From contig OY762226.1 of assembly GCA_963665465.1 (NCBI GenBank), forward strand, positions 2,572,438 to 2,636,437: a stretch of DNA of 64,000 bases. The letters are read 5' to 3'. The stretch's first letter is position 1. Every line of letters begins with the position of its first letter. The position numbers were made by a program, and so were the translations under genes. This document shows positions 46,078 through 54,896 of the stretch, one piece after another. Origin of the DNA: Vicinamibacterales bacterium (GTDB lineage: Bacteria; Acidobacteriota; Vicinamibacteria; Vicinamibacterales; UBA8438). The notes beneath the pieces were generated by a model. The model was not told where the DNA came from. It saw nothing but the letters and a program-made list of their open reading frames with translations, and did no database searches.

Positions 46078-46767
46078 TCACTCGCACACGACGCCGTCGT
46101 TGTCGCCGTCGCGCATATGACGGTAGGCGGGATGGTTGCGGGGCACCGGCGCTATCCCGTGCCGGCGGGCCTCGGCGCAGGAGATCCGGCCGTTCCGGTT
46201 GTCGTCCCAGCGGGCGAGCGCGGCCCGCGCGTTGGCCGGCGGCGCGGCCGCCGGCGCCTGCGGTGCGGCGGAGCCCCACAGGCCGCGGCCGGCTCGCCGG
46301 GCATCGCGTTCGAGCCCCCGGAAGCGATCGAGGTGCCTGAACGGGAAGCGGGTGTAGGCATGACCGTAGCCGCGCCTGATGATCTCGGCGTTGACGAACG
46401 TGCCGTCCGGCAGGTGAACGTACGCCAGGGTCCGCCCGTAGCGGTCGGTCCGCTGCTGGTCGTACTCCAGGCGCACCCGCTTGCCGTCGACCAGGCGTCT
46501 GGTGAAGGCGCTGGCTTCCTTCCCGAAGAACTCGACCGGTCTGCCCGGGTGGACCGTCTCCGGCGTATCGACGCCGATCAGGCGCACCCGGCCGATGCCG
46601 CGCACGATGATCGTGTCGCCGTCGACGACGCGCTCGACCACCTGGGCGGCCGACTCGGCGGGCGCGGCTGCGAGCAGCGTCGCGGCCGCGAGGACGAGCC
46701 GGACGACCGGCGCGAGCCTGCCGGAGCGGGCAATAATCGCGACGCCGGGACGCGGGACATGTGTCAA
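46078..46767 (-). CDS. Secreted thermonuclease (SNase family) with a C-terminal Excalibur Ca-binding domain
   Basis: VDGDTI, VRLIGVDTPE, DRYGRTLAY, RGLW; C-terminal DGDNDGVVCE; signal peptide ending AESAA. Start uncertain. Confidence 0.9.
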   Translation of the reverse strand: MTHVPRPGVAIIARSGRLAPVVRLVLAAATLLAAAPAESAAQVVERVVDGDTIIVRGIGRVRLIGVDTPETVHPGRPVEFFGKEASAFTRRLVDGKRVRLEYDQQRTDRYGRTLAYVHLPDGTFVNAEIIRRGYGHAYTRFPFRHLDRFRGLERDARRAGRGLWGSAAPQAPAAAPPANARAALARWDDNRNGRISCAEARRHGIAPVPRNHPAYRHMRDGDNDGVVCE

Positions 46768-47039
46768 CGATGGCCACCCCGCCGGCCTCGGGACCCGACA
46801 TGGCCAGGAATTGCCATCGGGTCACCGCCGGCAGGTGGCAATTATCGCGTACTCGACCGGGCCGGCGCACGGTCCGGGAGCAGCCCGGGAGCGGCACGTC
46901 CCGGCCGCGGTCGTGGGAGAGGCGGGCCTGCCGGCGCGGCCGGGTCCGTGTGGCGCGGGCGCCCGCGCCGCCGGTGGCGGCCTGGCCCTGGCGGGGCGTG
47001 GCGTCCGGGCGGGCGCCGCAGCGTTCTATACTGCGCGAG

Positions 47040-49940
47040 GTGGCCGACCTGCGCAGTGACCTCGAGACCCGCCTCGAGGGCGAGGTCCGCTTCGACGCGG
47101 TCTCGCGCGCTCTCTACTCGACCGACGCCAGCGTCTACCGGATCGAGCCGCTGGGCGTGGCCATCATTCGCTCCCGCGAGGATGTGCTCGCGGCGATCGC
47201 CTGCGCCCGCCGGCACGGCTGCTCGATCACCGCGCGCGGCGGCGGGACGTCGCAGGCGGGTCAGGCCATCGGTGCGGGCCTGCAGCTCGACACGTCGAAG
47301 TACTTCAACCGCCTGCTCGAGGTGAACGTCGAGGAACGCTGGGCGCGGGTCGAGCCCGGCATCGTGCTCGACGAGCTCAACGCCCGGCTGGCGCCGCACC
47401 GCCTGCGCTTCGCGCCCGACATTTCGACCGCCAGCCGCGCGACCGTCGGCGGGATGATCTCGAACAACTCGGCCGGCGCCCGGTCGGTGCTCTACGGCAA
47501 GACGATCGACCACGTCCTCGACGTGCAGGTCGCCCTCGGGGACGGCTCGGTGGCCCACCTGCGCCCACTCTCCGCGGACGCGCTCGAGCGGGCCTGCGCG
47601 GCGCCGACGCGGGAGGGTGCGTGCTACCGCACCGTCCGCCGGTTGGCGGCGGAGCAGGCCGGCGAGATCGAGCGGCGGTACCCGAAGATCGTGCGCCGGG
47701 TCGGAGGCTACAACCTCGATGCGTTCGTCGGCGCGGCCGCGCCGGCCGCGCCGTTCAATCTGGCGAAGCTGATCGTCGGCTCCGAGGGCACGCTCGGGCT
47801 GATCGTCGAGGCGCGCCTCAACCTGGTGCCGCTGCCGGCCGCCAAGGCCGTGCTGACCATCGAGTACGGCGACCTGCTCGACGCGCTCGGGGAGACGCCG
47901 GCCATCCTGGCGCACGGCCCCTCGGCCGTGGAGGTGATGGATCGGTCCATCCTGGACCATGCCAGGGGGCATCCCGCGCTCGACGAGATGCGGCGGGCGG
48001 TGCTGCGTACCGAGTGCGGCGCGTTGCTCTGCGTCGAGCTCTACGACGAGTCGACCGAGGCGCTCCGGACGCGGCTCGGCCGGTTGGAGGACATGCTCCG
48101 GGCGCGGGGCGTGGCGGCGCACATGACCCGCGCCACGTCGCCGGCCGATCAGGCGCGCATCTGGAAGCTGCGCGAGTCGTCGCTCGGCCTCTCGATGGCC
48201 ATGAAGGGCGACGCCAAGAGCATCTCCTTCGTCGAGGACACGGCCGTTGCCCCGGACAAGCTGCGCGACTTCATCGCGCGGTTCCTCGGCGTCATCCGGC
48301 GCCACGGGACGACCGCCGGCATCTACGCCCACGCCTCGGTCGGCTGCCTGCACGTGCGGCCGGTCGTCAACATGAAGACGGCGCAGGGCGTGCGCCAGTT
48401 CGAGTCGATCGCGAACGAGATCGCCGATCTGGTGCTCGAGTTCGGGGGCGCGCTCTCCGGCGAGCATGGCGACGGGCTGGTGCGCGGACCGTTCATGGAG
48501 CGGATGTTCGGCCCGGCGCTGTACGAGGCGTTCCGCACCATCAAGCGGACGTTCGATCCGGACGGGCTGTTCAACCCGGGCAAGATCGTCGACTCGCCGC
48601 CGCTCACCGCCAACCTGCGCTACGGCGCCGGCTACCGGACCCCGGATCCGCCCGCCGCCTTCGACCACGCCGACTACGGCGGCCTGGGGCGCGCGGTGGA
48701 GATGTGCAGCGGCGTCGGCGCCTGCCGCAAGACGCTCAGCGGGACGATGTGCCCGTCCTACATGGCGACGCGCGACGAGGCGCACTCGACGCGCGGCCGC
48801 GCCAACGCGCTGCGGATGGCAATGGCCGGCGGGCTCGCCCCGGCCGGACCCCGCGGCGCCGGGCTCGGCGGACGCGGCGTGTACGACGTGCTGGACCTGT
48901 GCCTCGAGTGCCGGGCGTGCAAGACGGAGTGTCCGACGGGCGTCGACATGGCGCGGCTCAAGAGCGAGTTCCTCGCCGACTACTGGCGCCGGCACGGCAT
49001 CCCGGTGCGCGCGCGCGTGCTCGGACACATCCACGATCTGGCGGCGCGGACCGCGCGCTGGGCGCCGCTGGTCAACCCGTGGCTGGAGAGCGGCTGGGTC
49101 CGCGCGCTCGGCGAGCGGCTGCTCGGCATCGACCGCCGCCGCTCGCTGCCGCGCTGGGCGGCGCGCCCGCTCGCGGACCGCTGGCGCGACCGGGGGCCGG
49201 CGCGGGCCGGCCCGCCGGATGCCGTCCTCTTCAACGACACCTTCACCAGCTACTTCGATCCGGAGGTCGGCCTGGCCGCGGCCGACGTGCTGGAGGCCGC
49301 GGGGCTGGCGGTCGGTCTGGGACCGGACGTCTGCTGCGGACGACCGCTGATCTCCCAGGGGCTGCTGTCCGCGGCGCGCGAGCGGGCGGCGGACGTGGTG
49401 CGGCGCCTCCACGCGACGGCCGCGGCCGGCACCCCCATCGTGCTTCTCGAGCCGAGCTGCCTGTCCGCCCTGGTGGACGACGTCCCGGCCCTGCTGCGCG
49501 GGGAGGCGCAGGCGCAGGCGCGCGACGTGGCCGGCGCGTGCATCCTCTTCGAGGACTACCTGCGCCGCCGCCTCGACGAGCGGCCCGCCGCGCTGGCGCT
49601 ACGCGCCGGGCCCGCGGAGATCCTGTTGCACGGCCACTGCCACCAGAAGTCGCTGGGTCTGGTGTCGGCGGCCAGGGCGCTCCTCGAGCGGATCCCGGGC
49701 GCGCGGGTCACCGATCTGGACGCCGGCTGTTGCGGCATGGCGGGGTCGTTCGGCTACGCGCGGGAGCACCTGGAAATCTCGCGGCAGATCGGCGAGCGTC
49801 GGCTGCTGCCCGCCGCGCGCGGCCTCGGTCCCGGCGGCATCCTGGTCGCGGCCGGCACGTCGTGCCGCCACCAGGTGCGGGACTTCGCCGGCGTCGAGGC
49901 GCTGCATCCGGCGGTCCTGCTGCGGTCGCTGCTGACGTGA
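47040..49940 (+). CDS. FAD-binding and Fe-S oxidoreductase (GlcD/GlcF fusion, YdiJ/D-lactate dehydrogenase-like)
   Basis: YSTDAS, RGGGTS, GSEGTL, GCLHVRP, GEHGDG, CxxCxxCxxxCP, CCG domains. GTG start at 47040. Confidence 0.9.
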   Translation: MADLRSDLETRLEGEVRFDAVSRALYSTDASVYRIEPLGVAIIRSREDVLAAIACARRHGCSITARGGGTSQAGQAIGAGLQLDTSKYFNRLLEVNVEERWARVEPGIVLDELNARLAPHRLRFAPDISTASRATVGGMISNNSAGARSVLYGKTIDHVLDVQVALGDGSVAHLRPLSADALERACAAPTREGACYRTVRRLAAEQAGEIERRYPKIVRRVGGYNLDAFVGAAAPAAPFNLAKLIVGSEGTLGLIVEARLNLVPLPAAKAVLTIEYGDLLDALGETPAILAHGPSAVEVMDRSILDHARGHPALDEMRRAVLRTECGALLCVELYDESTEALRTRLGRLEDMLRARGVAAHMTRATSPADQARIWKLRESSLGLSMAMKGDAKSISFVEDTAVAPDKLRDFIARFLGVIRRHGTTAGIYAHASVGCLHVRPVVNMKTAQGVRQFESIANEIADLVLEFGGALSGEHGDGLVRGPFMERMFGPALYEAFRTIKRTFDPDGLFNPGKIVDSPPLTANLRYGAGYRTPDPPAAFDHADYGGLGRAVEMCSGVGACRKTLSGTMCPSYMATRDEAHSTRGRANALRMAMAGGLAPAGPRGAGLGGRGVYDVLDLCLECRACKTECPTGVDMARLKSEFLADYWRRHGIPVRARVLGHIHDLAARTARWAPLVNPWLESGWVRALGERLLGIDRRRSLPRWAARPLADRWRDRGPARAGPPDAVLFNDTFTSYFDPEVGLAAADVLEAAGLAVGLGPDVCCGRPLISQGLLSAARERAADVVRRLHATAAAGTPIVLLEPSCLSALVDDVPALLRGEAQAQARDVAGACILFEDYLRRRLDERPAALALRAGPAEILLHGHCHQKSLGLVSAARALLERIPGARVTDLDAGCCGMAGSFGYAREHLEISRQIGERRLLPAARGLGPGGILVAAGTSCRHQVRDFAGVEALHPAVLLRSLLT

Positions 49941-49969
49941 GCTCCGGCGAACATGAGGAGGAGGTGGTC

Positions 49970-50527
49970 ATGGTATCGGTCGCATCGCTCTGGTTGCCGG
50001 TGCTGCTCTCGGCAGCGCTGGTGTTCGTCGTCAGCTCGATCATTCACATGCTGCTGACCTGGCACCGGGCCGATTCGGGGCCGCTGCCCGATGAGGCCGG
50101 CGTCGCCGCCGCGCTGCGGCCGTTCGAGATCCCGCCCGGCGACTACGTCATGCCGCACGCGGCGGACTCGCAGGAGATGGGCTCGCCCGAGTTCCTGGAG
50201 CGGGCGAAGAACGGGCCGGTAGCGTTCATGACCGTGCTGCCCGCCCAACCGCTGGCGATCGGCCGGAGCCTGGCCATGTGGTTCGGCTACTCGCTTCTGG
50301 TCGGCGCGGTCGCGGGCTACGTCGCCAGCCTGACGCTGGGGCCGGGCGCGGACTACCGCATCGTCTTCCGGGTCGTCGGCGCGGTGGCGTTCGCCGGCTA
50401 CTCGCTCGCGATCCTGCAGAACAGCATCTGGTGGCACCGCAACTGGGGCTACACGCTGAAGACGGTGCTCGACGGGTTGATCTACGGCCTGCTGACGGCC
50501 GGCGTCTTCGGTTGGCTCTGGCCGTGA
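49970..50527 (+). CDS. Hypothetical membrane protein (185 aa)
   Basis: GGAGG SD; hydrophobic segments (LWLPVLLSAALVFVVSSIIHM ... GVFGWLWP). It is the 3' part of ORF 47621-50527. Confidence 0.75.
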   Translation: MVSVASLWLPVLLSAALVFVVSSIIHMLLTWHRADSGPLPDEAGVAAALRPFEIPPGDYVMPHAADSQEMGSPEFLERAKNGPVAFMTVLPAQPLAIGRSLAMWFGYSLLVGAVAGYVASLTLGPGADYRIVFRVVGAVAFAGYSLAILQNSIWWHRNWGYTLKTVLDGLIYGLLTAGVFGWLWP

Positions 50528-50551
50528 ACCCGTCGGGAGCGGGAACGGTGG

Positions 50552-52702
50552 TCAACGCAGGCCGCGGCGCGCCAGCAACGGCCCGATGTCCGGCTCGCGT
50601 CCGCGGAACTCGCGGAAGAGCGCCAGCGCGTCGCGGCTGCCGCCCTTCGACAGGAGCGTCCGGCGGAAGTGATCGCCGTTCGCGCGCGTCAGGCCGCCGT
50701 TCTCCTTGAACCACTCGACGGAGTCGGCATCGAGCACCTCGCTCCAGATGTACGAGTAGTAGCCCGCCTCGTACCCGCTGCTCCAGATGTGCGAGAAGTA
50801 CGTGCTGCGGTAACGCGGCGGGACGGCATCGAGCGCCACGCCGGCGGCGGCCAGGGCGGCCTCCTCGAATGCCGCGACCCCCTCGGCATCCGGAACCTGG
50901 TCCGCCGCCAGCTGGTGCCACGCCTGGTCCAGCAGGGACGCGGCCAGGTACTCGGTCGTGGCGAAGCCCTGGTTGAACTGCTCGGCCGCCAGCACCCGCT
51001 CGAGCAGCTCGGGCGGCATCGGCTCCCCGGTCTCGTGATGCACCGCGTAGTTCCGGAACACTTCCGGCCAGGTCGCCCACATCTCGTTGACCTGCGAGGG
51101 GAACTCGACGAAGTCGCGCGGCACGGCGGTGCCCGAGAAGTACGGATACCGCACGCCGGAGAACATCGCGTGCAGGGCGTGTCCGAACTCGTGGAACAGC
51201 GTCTCGACCTCGTCGAAGGTCAACAGGGTCGGCTCGCCGGCCGGGGGCTTCGGGATGTTCAGGTAGTTGGCCACCACCGGCCGCGTCCCGAGCAGCGCCG
51301 ATTGGGAGACGAACGAGCTCATCCAGGCGCCGCCGCGCTTCGAGGGGCGCGCGTAGTAGTCGCCCAGGAAGAGGGCGAGCGGCTCGCCGTCGGCGTCGAG
51401 CACGTCGAACACGCTCACGTCCGGGTGATGCAGCGGCAGGTCCGTGCGTTGCCGAAACGTCAGCCCGTAGAGCCGGCCCGCGGCGTAGAACACGCCGTTC
51501 CGCAGCACGTTGTCGAGGGCGAAGTATGGCCGCAGCTGCGCGGCGTCGAAGGCATACCGCTCGGCGCGCACCTTCTCCGCGTAGTACGCCCAGTCCCACG
51601 GCGCCAGGTCGTGCGCGCCGCCGCCCGCGCCGATCATCGCCTGCAGGTCGCGCGCCTCCCGCCGGGCGTTGGCCACGGCCGCCGGCGCCAGGCTGGCCAG
51701 CCGCTCGTTGACGGCGGCCACCGTCTGCGCCGTCTGCCGCTCCAGGCTGTATGCGGCATGCGTGGGGTAGCCGAGCAGCGCGGCCCGCTCCGCGCGCAGC
51801 GCGGCCATGCGGGTGATGATGGTGCGGTTGTCGAACTCTCCGCCCCGGCTGCCGCGGGCCAGTGACGTCTCGAAGATCCGTTGGCGCAGCGCCCGATTGT
51901 CGAGCGACGCGAGAGCCGGCTGACCGCTGGTGTTGCGCAAGGCGATCAGGAACTGCCCGTCGAGGTCCCGGGCCGCTGCGGACTCGGCAGCTGCCGTGAT
52001 CTCGTTGTCGGACAATCCGGCCAGCGCGGTCCGCGAGTCGACGGCGACGGCCGAGTCGTTGACCTCGCTGAGCACGTTGCGGCTGAAGGTTGCCTCCAGG
52101 CTCGCCAGCTCGGCGTTGATGTCCCGCAGGCGCTGCTTCTCGTCGTCGGACAGGCGCGCGCCGGCGCGCACGAAGTCGGTGTAGTACTCCTCGACCAGCC
52201 GCAGCGACTCGCCGTCCAACCCCAGCGCCGCGCGCTGGTCGTACACGGCCTGCACCCTCGCGAACAGCCTGGCGTTCAGCAGGATGCGGTCGCTGTGGGC
52301 CGCCAGCTTCGGGGCCATTTCGCTGCGGATCGCATCCAGCTCCTCGTTCGTATCGGCGGCGACGAGGTTGAAGAAGACGCTCTGCACGCGCTCGAGCACC
52401 CGGCCCGACCGCTCGAGGGCCACCAGCGTGTTCTCGAACGTCGGCGCCTCCGCCGCGTCGGCGATCGCGTCGACTTCCGCCGCGTGCTCGGCCATCGCCC
52501 GTTCGAAGCCGGGCCGGAAGGCGTCGTCCTCGATGCGATCGAACGGCGGATAGTTGAACGGCAGGGGACTGGGGGACAGAAAGGGGGTCACATCCGCAAC
52601 GGTCGTGGCATCGTTCATGGGCGTATCCGGCTCCGGCGGCGCGCACGCGCCGGCCAGCACCGCGAGTGCCGCCGCTGCCGTGCGTGGGAAAGTCAGCCTC
52701 AT
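50552..52702 (-). CDS. dcp: M3 metallopeptidase (peptidyl-dipeptidase Dcp), lipoprotein
   Basis: HEFGH, KRGGAWM, PRDFVEFPSQVNE, YYSYIWSEV; lipobox AGAC. ATG at 52702. Confidence 0.9.
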   Translation of the reverse strand: MRLTFPRTAAAALAVLAGACAPPEPDTPMNDATTVADVTPFLSPSPLPFNYPPFDRIEDDAFRPGFERAMAEHAAEVDAIADAAEAPTFENTLVALERSGRVLERVQSVFFNLVAADTNEELDAIRSEMAPKLAAHSDRILLNARLFARVQAVYDQRAALGLDGESLRLVEEYYTDFVRAGARLSDDEKQRLRDINAELASLEATFSRNVLSEVNDSAVAVDSRTALAGLSDNEITAAAESAAARDLDGQFLIALRNTSGQPALASLDNRALRQRIFETSLARGSRGGEFDNRTIITRMAALRAERAALLGYPTHAAYSLERQTAQTVAAVNERLASLAPAAVANARREARDLQAMIGAGGGAHDLAPWDWAYYAEKVRAERYAFDAAQLRPYFALDNVLRNGVFYAAGRLYGLTFRQRTDLPLHHPDVSVFDVLDADGEPLALFLGDYYARPSKRGGAWMSSFVSQSALLGTRPVVANYLNIPKPPAGEPTLLTFDEVETLFHEFGHALHAMFSGVRYPYFSGTAVPRDFVEFPSQVNEMWATWPEVFRNYAVHHETGEPMPPELLERVLAAEQFNQGFATTEYLAASLLDQAWHQLAADQVPDAEGVAAFEEAALAAAGVALDAVPPRYRSTYFSHIWSSGYEAGYYSYIWSEVLDADSVEWFKENGGLTRANGDHFRRTLLSKGGSRDALALFREFRGREPDIGPLLARRGLR

Positions 52703-52718
52703 GCGCGTAATGCTATCG

Positions 52719-52852
52719 CAAGGCGCGCACGGCGCGGGGCGCAGCCCGCCCGGTTGAAGCCGTCTAGGAGGCTGCGCCGTAGAACGGCGTAGACTCCTAG
52801 CGAGGGTTGGTTGGGCGGCAACCGGAGCCGGAGGCGACGATTGCCGGGCTAG
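52719..52852 (+). repeat. Composite repeat: deleted module B + CTAG-hairpin A-CTAG + module C-CTAG
   Basis: AAGGCGCGCACGGCGCGGGGCGCAGCCCG...TTGAAGCC; CTAGGAGGCTGCGCCGTAGAACGGCGTAGACTCCTAG; CGAGGGTTGGTTGGG...GCCGGGCTAG. Confidence 0.9.
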
Positions 52853-54297
52853 AATCCGACCGTCGTCTGCAGGTAGAAGAAGTGCGCGGAGTGCAGCTTG
52901 AAGTCCGACGCCCGGAGGTAGCCACCGCCCATGAAGTACCCGTACCCCGCCTCGAGGCCGACCCGCCAGGCGCGGGCACGGAGAGTGACGTCGATCTCGC
53001 TGCCCACGTCGGCCGCGGCGTGCGGGTCGCCGCCGGCGTGCACGACGCCGGCGGCGGCGTTGTACCACGCATCCGTGCCGGGTGCGACCAGTGCGAAGTG
53101 CTGATAGGCGACGCGCACGGAGGCGCCGCCGGGCAGCGCCGCGTCCACGGAGGCCTCGACGTTGCGGAGGTTCTGCAGGGCGAACAGATCCATCGTCCCG
53201 TAGTAGACATGGTTGAGCGGGTACAGGTTGTCGAACGTTCCGTGCACGCCGTCGTGCGGATCCTCGTCGCCGCTGCCGAAGTTGTAGGCTGCCCCGAGCT
53301 TCGGCCGCCCCGGCAGGCGGGTCGTGAACGATCCGCCGAGGTGCACCATCGCCGCCCGATGGTCGAGGCCTGAGTAGCTTCCGGCCTGCGCGGCCAGCTC
53401 GCCGTCGAAGGCCCATGGCCCGTAGCGGGCGTCGATGCGCGTCCCGAAGGTGTGAACCGCATCGGCCAGACGCCCCTCGCGCCGCCGGAGCCAGTAGCCT
53501 TCGACGGCGCCGTCGGGCAGGATCGCGCCGTCGGTGTAGTACACGCCGTGGAGCTGGCTGTTGAACAGACGGCTGCGGGTGGGCCTGTGGTCGTTGAGGC
53601 CGCGCGGCGTGACGGGCACGAGGCGCGTGGCGAACGCGTCGAGCCGACGCCCGGCGCCGATGCCGATCCGGAGTCGGGCGCCGTCGAACACGCGCGCCGT
53701 GTTGACCCATTCGAGCGGCGAGACCAGGCGCTGGGATCCGTACTGCAGCTTCTGGCGCCCGATGCGCACTGCCATCGGGACCCGCGACGACGCGGGCGGC
53801 TCGATGTCGACGTAGGCCTGGTGGAAGTCGAGCCGGTCCGCGAAGACGTTCGGCGTGCGAGTCTCGCTGATGGCTTCCTCACCGTGGATGCGCGCGTCCT
53901 GGAACTCGACGACGCCGGTGACCCGACGGCTCGGCCGCCAGGTCAGGCCGAGGCGGAGCCGGGAGAGGAGGAAGCCCTCGTCGTTGCCCGCCCGCGCGTC
54001 GTCGAACCTGAAGTTGCGGCGGCTCTCGCCGCGCAGCCGCAGTTGTGAGCCGATCGTCAGGCCCGGCAGGATCTCGCGCCAGTCCGGGTTGGCCTCCCGC
54101 GGCGCCTGACGGCTTCCTCCCGACGCGTCCGCACGGGGCGCCGGCGGTGGGCTCGTCCGGGCCGCGCCGGCGTTCCCGGCGGCGTCGGACTGGGCCTGGC
54201 CCTCGAGGGGGCAGGCGAGCAGGAGGCCGAGCCAGAGCACCAGCGAACGCGTGCGGTGATCGGGCCGGGGCGCTGGCGGAGACTCGTGCGGCGGCAT
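52849..54297 (-). CDS. Alginate-export (AlgE-like) outer-membrane beta-barrel protein
   Basis: Signal peptide, SRLRL, QDAR, HQAY, RIGRQ, FDG, GD..P.DG..GTFDNLYP, C-terminal Phe. Confidence 0.8.
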   Translation of the reverse strand: MPPHESPPAPRPDHRTRSLVLWLGLLLACPLEGQAQSDAAGNAGAARTSPPPAPRADASGGSRQAPREANPDWREILPGLTIGSQLRLRGESRRNFRFDDARAGNDEGFLLSRLRLGLTWRPSRRVTGVVEFQDARIHGEEAISETRTPNVFADRLDFHQAYVDIEPPASSRVPMAVRIGRQKLQYGSQRLVSPLEWVNTARVFDGARLRIGIGAGRRLDAFATRLVPVTPRGLNDHRPTRSRLFNSQLHGVYYTDGAILPDGAVEGYWLRRREGRLADAVHTFGTRIDARYGPWAFDGELAAQAGSYSGLDHRAAMVHLGGSFTTRLPGRPKLGAAYNFGSGDEDPHDGVHGTFDNLYPLNHVYYGTMDLFALQNLRNVEASVDAALPGGASVRVAYQHFALVAPGTDAWYNAAAGVVHAGGDPHAAADVGSEIDVTLRARAWRVGLEAGYGYFMGGGYLRASDFKLHSAHFFYLQTTVGF

Positions 54298-54312
54298 GCC
54301 CGGCCTTCCCTA

Positions 54313-54328
54313 TCAAGCCGCGTGCCAA
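54313..54328 (-). promoter_or_regulatory. Putative sigma54 promoter of the porin gene
   Basis: Minus strand TTGGCACGCGGCTTGA: canonical -24 box, with GA instead of GC at -12. Confidence 0.55.
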
Positions 54329-54461
54329 GTCCACCCGCCGCCCGGCCGCGGTCCGACCAACCGCCCGATTGCGCCGTCGCGGCCCCCGGATCGCCGTCGA
54401 TCGGGCGCGTCGAGCGGTCGCAGCGGGTCCTTCCGGTGTCCGCCGCTTTCGTCGACGGGCC

Positions 54462-54728
54462 GCACAAATCCGACACTTTTGTGCTGTGCAACACGAGCGG
54501 CCAACGCAGGGCCGCCTCGCTGACCAGGGTACAGGCACCCGCCGAATGCATCAGAATCCACAAATCTGTGGCGTTTCGTGTTCCATTCGACATTCTTGTT
54601 TCGGCCGCAGTCGATCCGGACGCGGCCCGAGTGCTCCCTGATTGGCCTGCCGCGATCCAGAGCAGTCCGGATCCTGCACGAACGGCGTGACATTCTCGTT
54701 AATTCCGCACAGCCGTGTCGGTTTGCGC
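54462..54728. promoter_or_regulatory. Pair of mirror-image putative activator (UAS) sites
   Basis: GCACAAATCCGACACTTTTGTGC (54462-54484, +) and GCGCAAACCGACACGGCTGTGC (54707-54728, -). Confidence 0.45.
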
Positions 54729-54848
54729 ACAGGCATCTACATTTCCGTGTGTCGGAGCCGCTCCTGATCGCGCCTCGCCGCGGCGGGCCGACGTCCGGCA
54801 ACCCGGTTCTGCGGCGCGATCGGACCCTTCCGCTGCCGCCGCCCCATG

Positions 54849-54865
54849 CTGGCCCGCCTCTTGCT
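54849..54865 (+). promoter_or_regulatory. Putative sigma54 promoter of the nitrate operon
   Basis: CTGGCCCGCCTCTTGCT: GG-N10-GC spacing is exact, 31 bp before the ATG at 54897. Confidence 0.7.
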
Positions 54866-54896
54866 ACAGGAGGCCGCGACGGAGGTACACCGCAGC

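Noticed and set aside
45419-47325. ORFs across the tandem array (45419-45709, 45466-47325, 45479-46120, 45510-46340) as repeat proteins
   Set aside because: They are open in several frames only because the GC-rich unit has few stops. The 94- and 116-bp periods shift frame, and the same unit is non-coding elsewhere.
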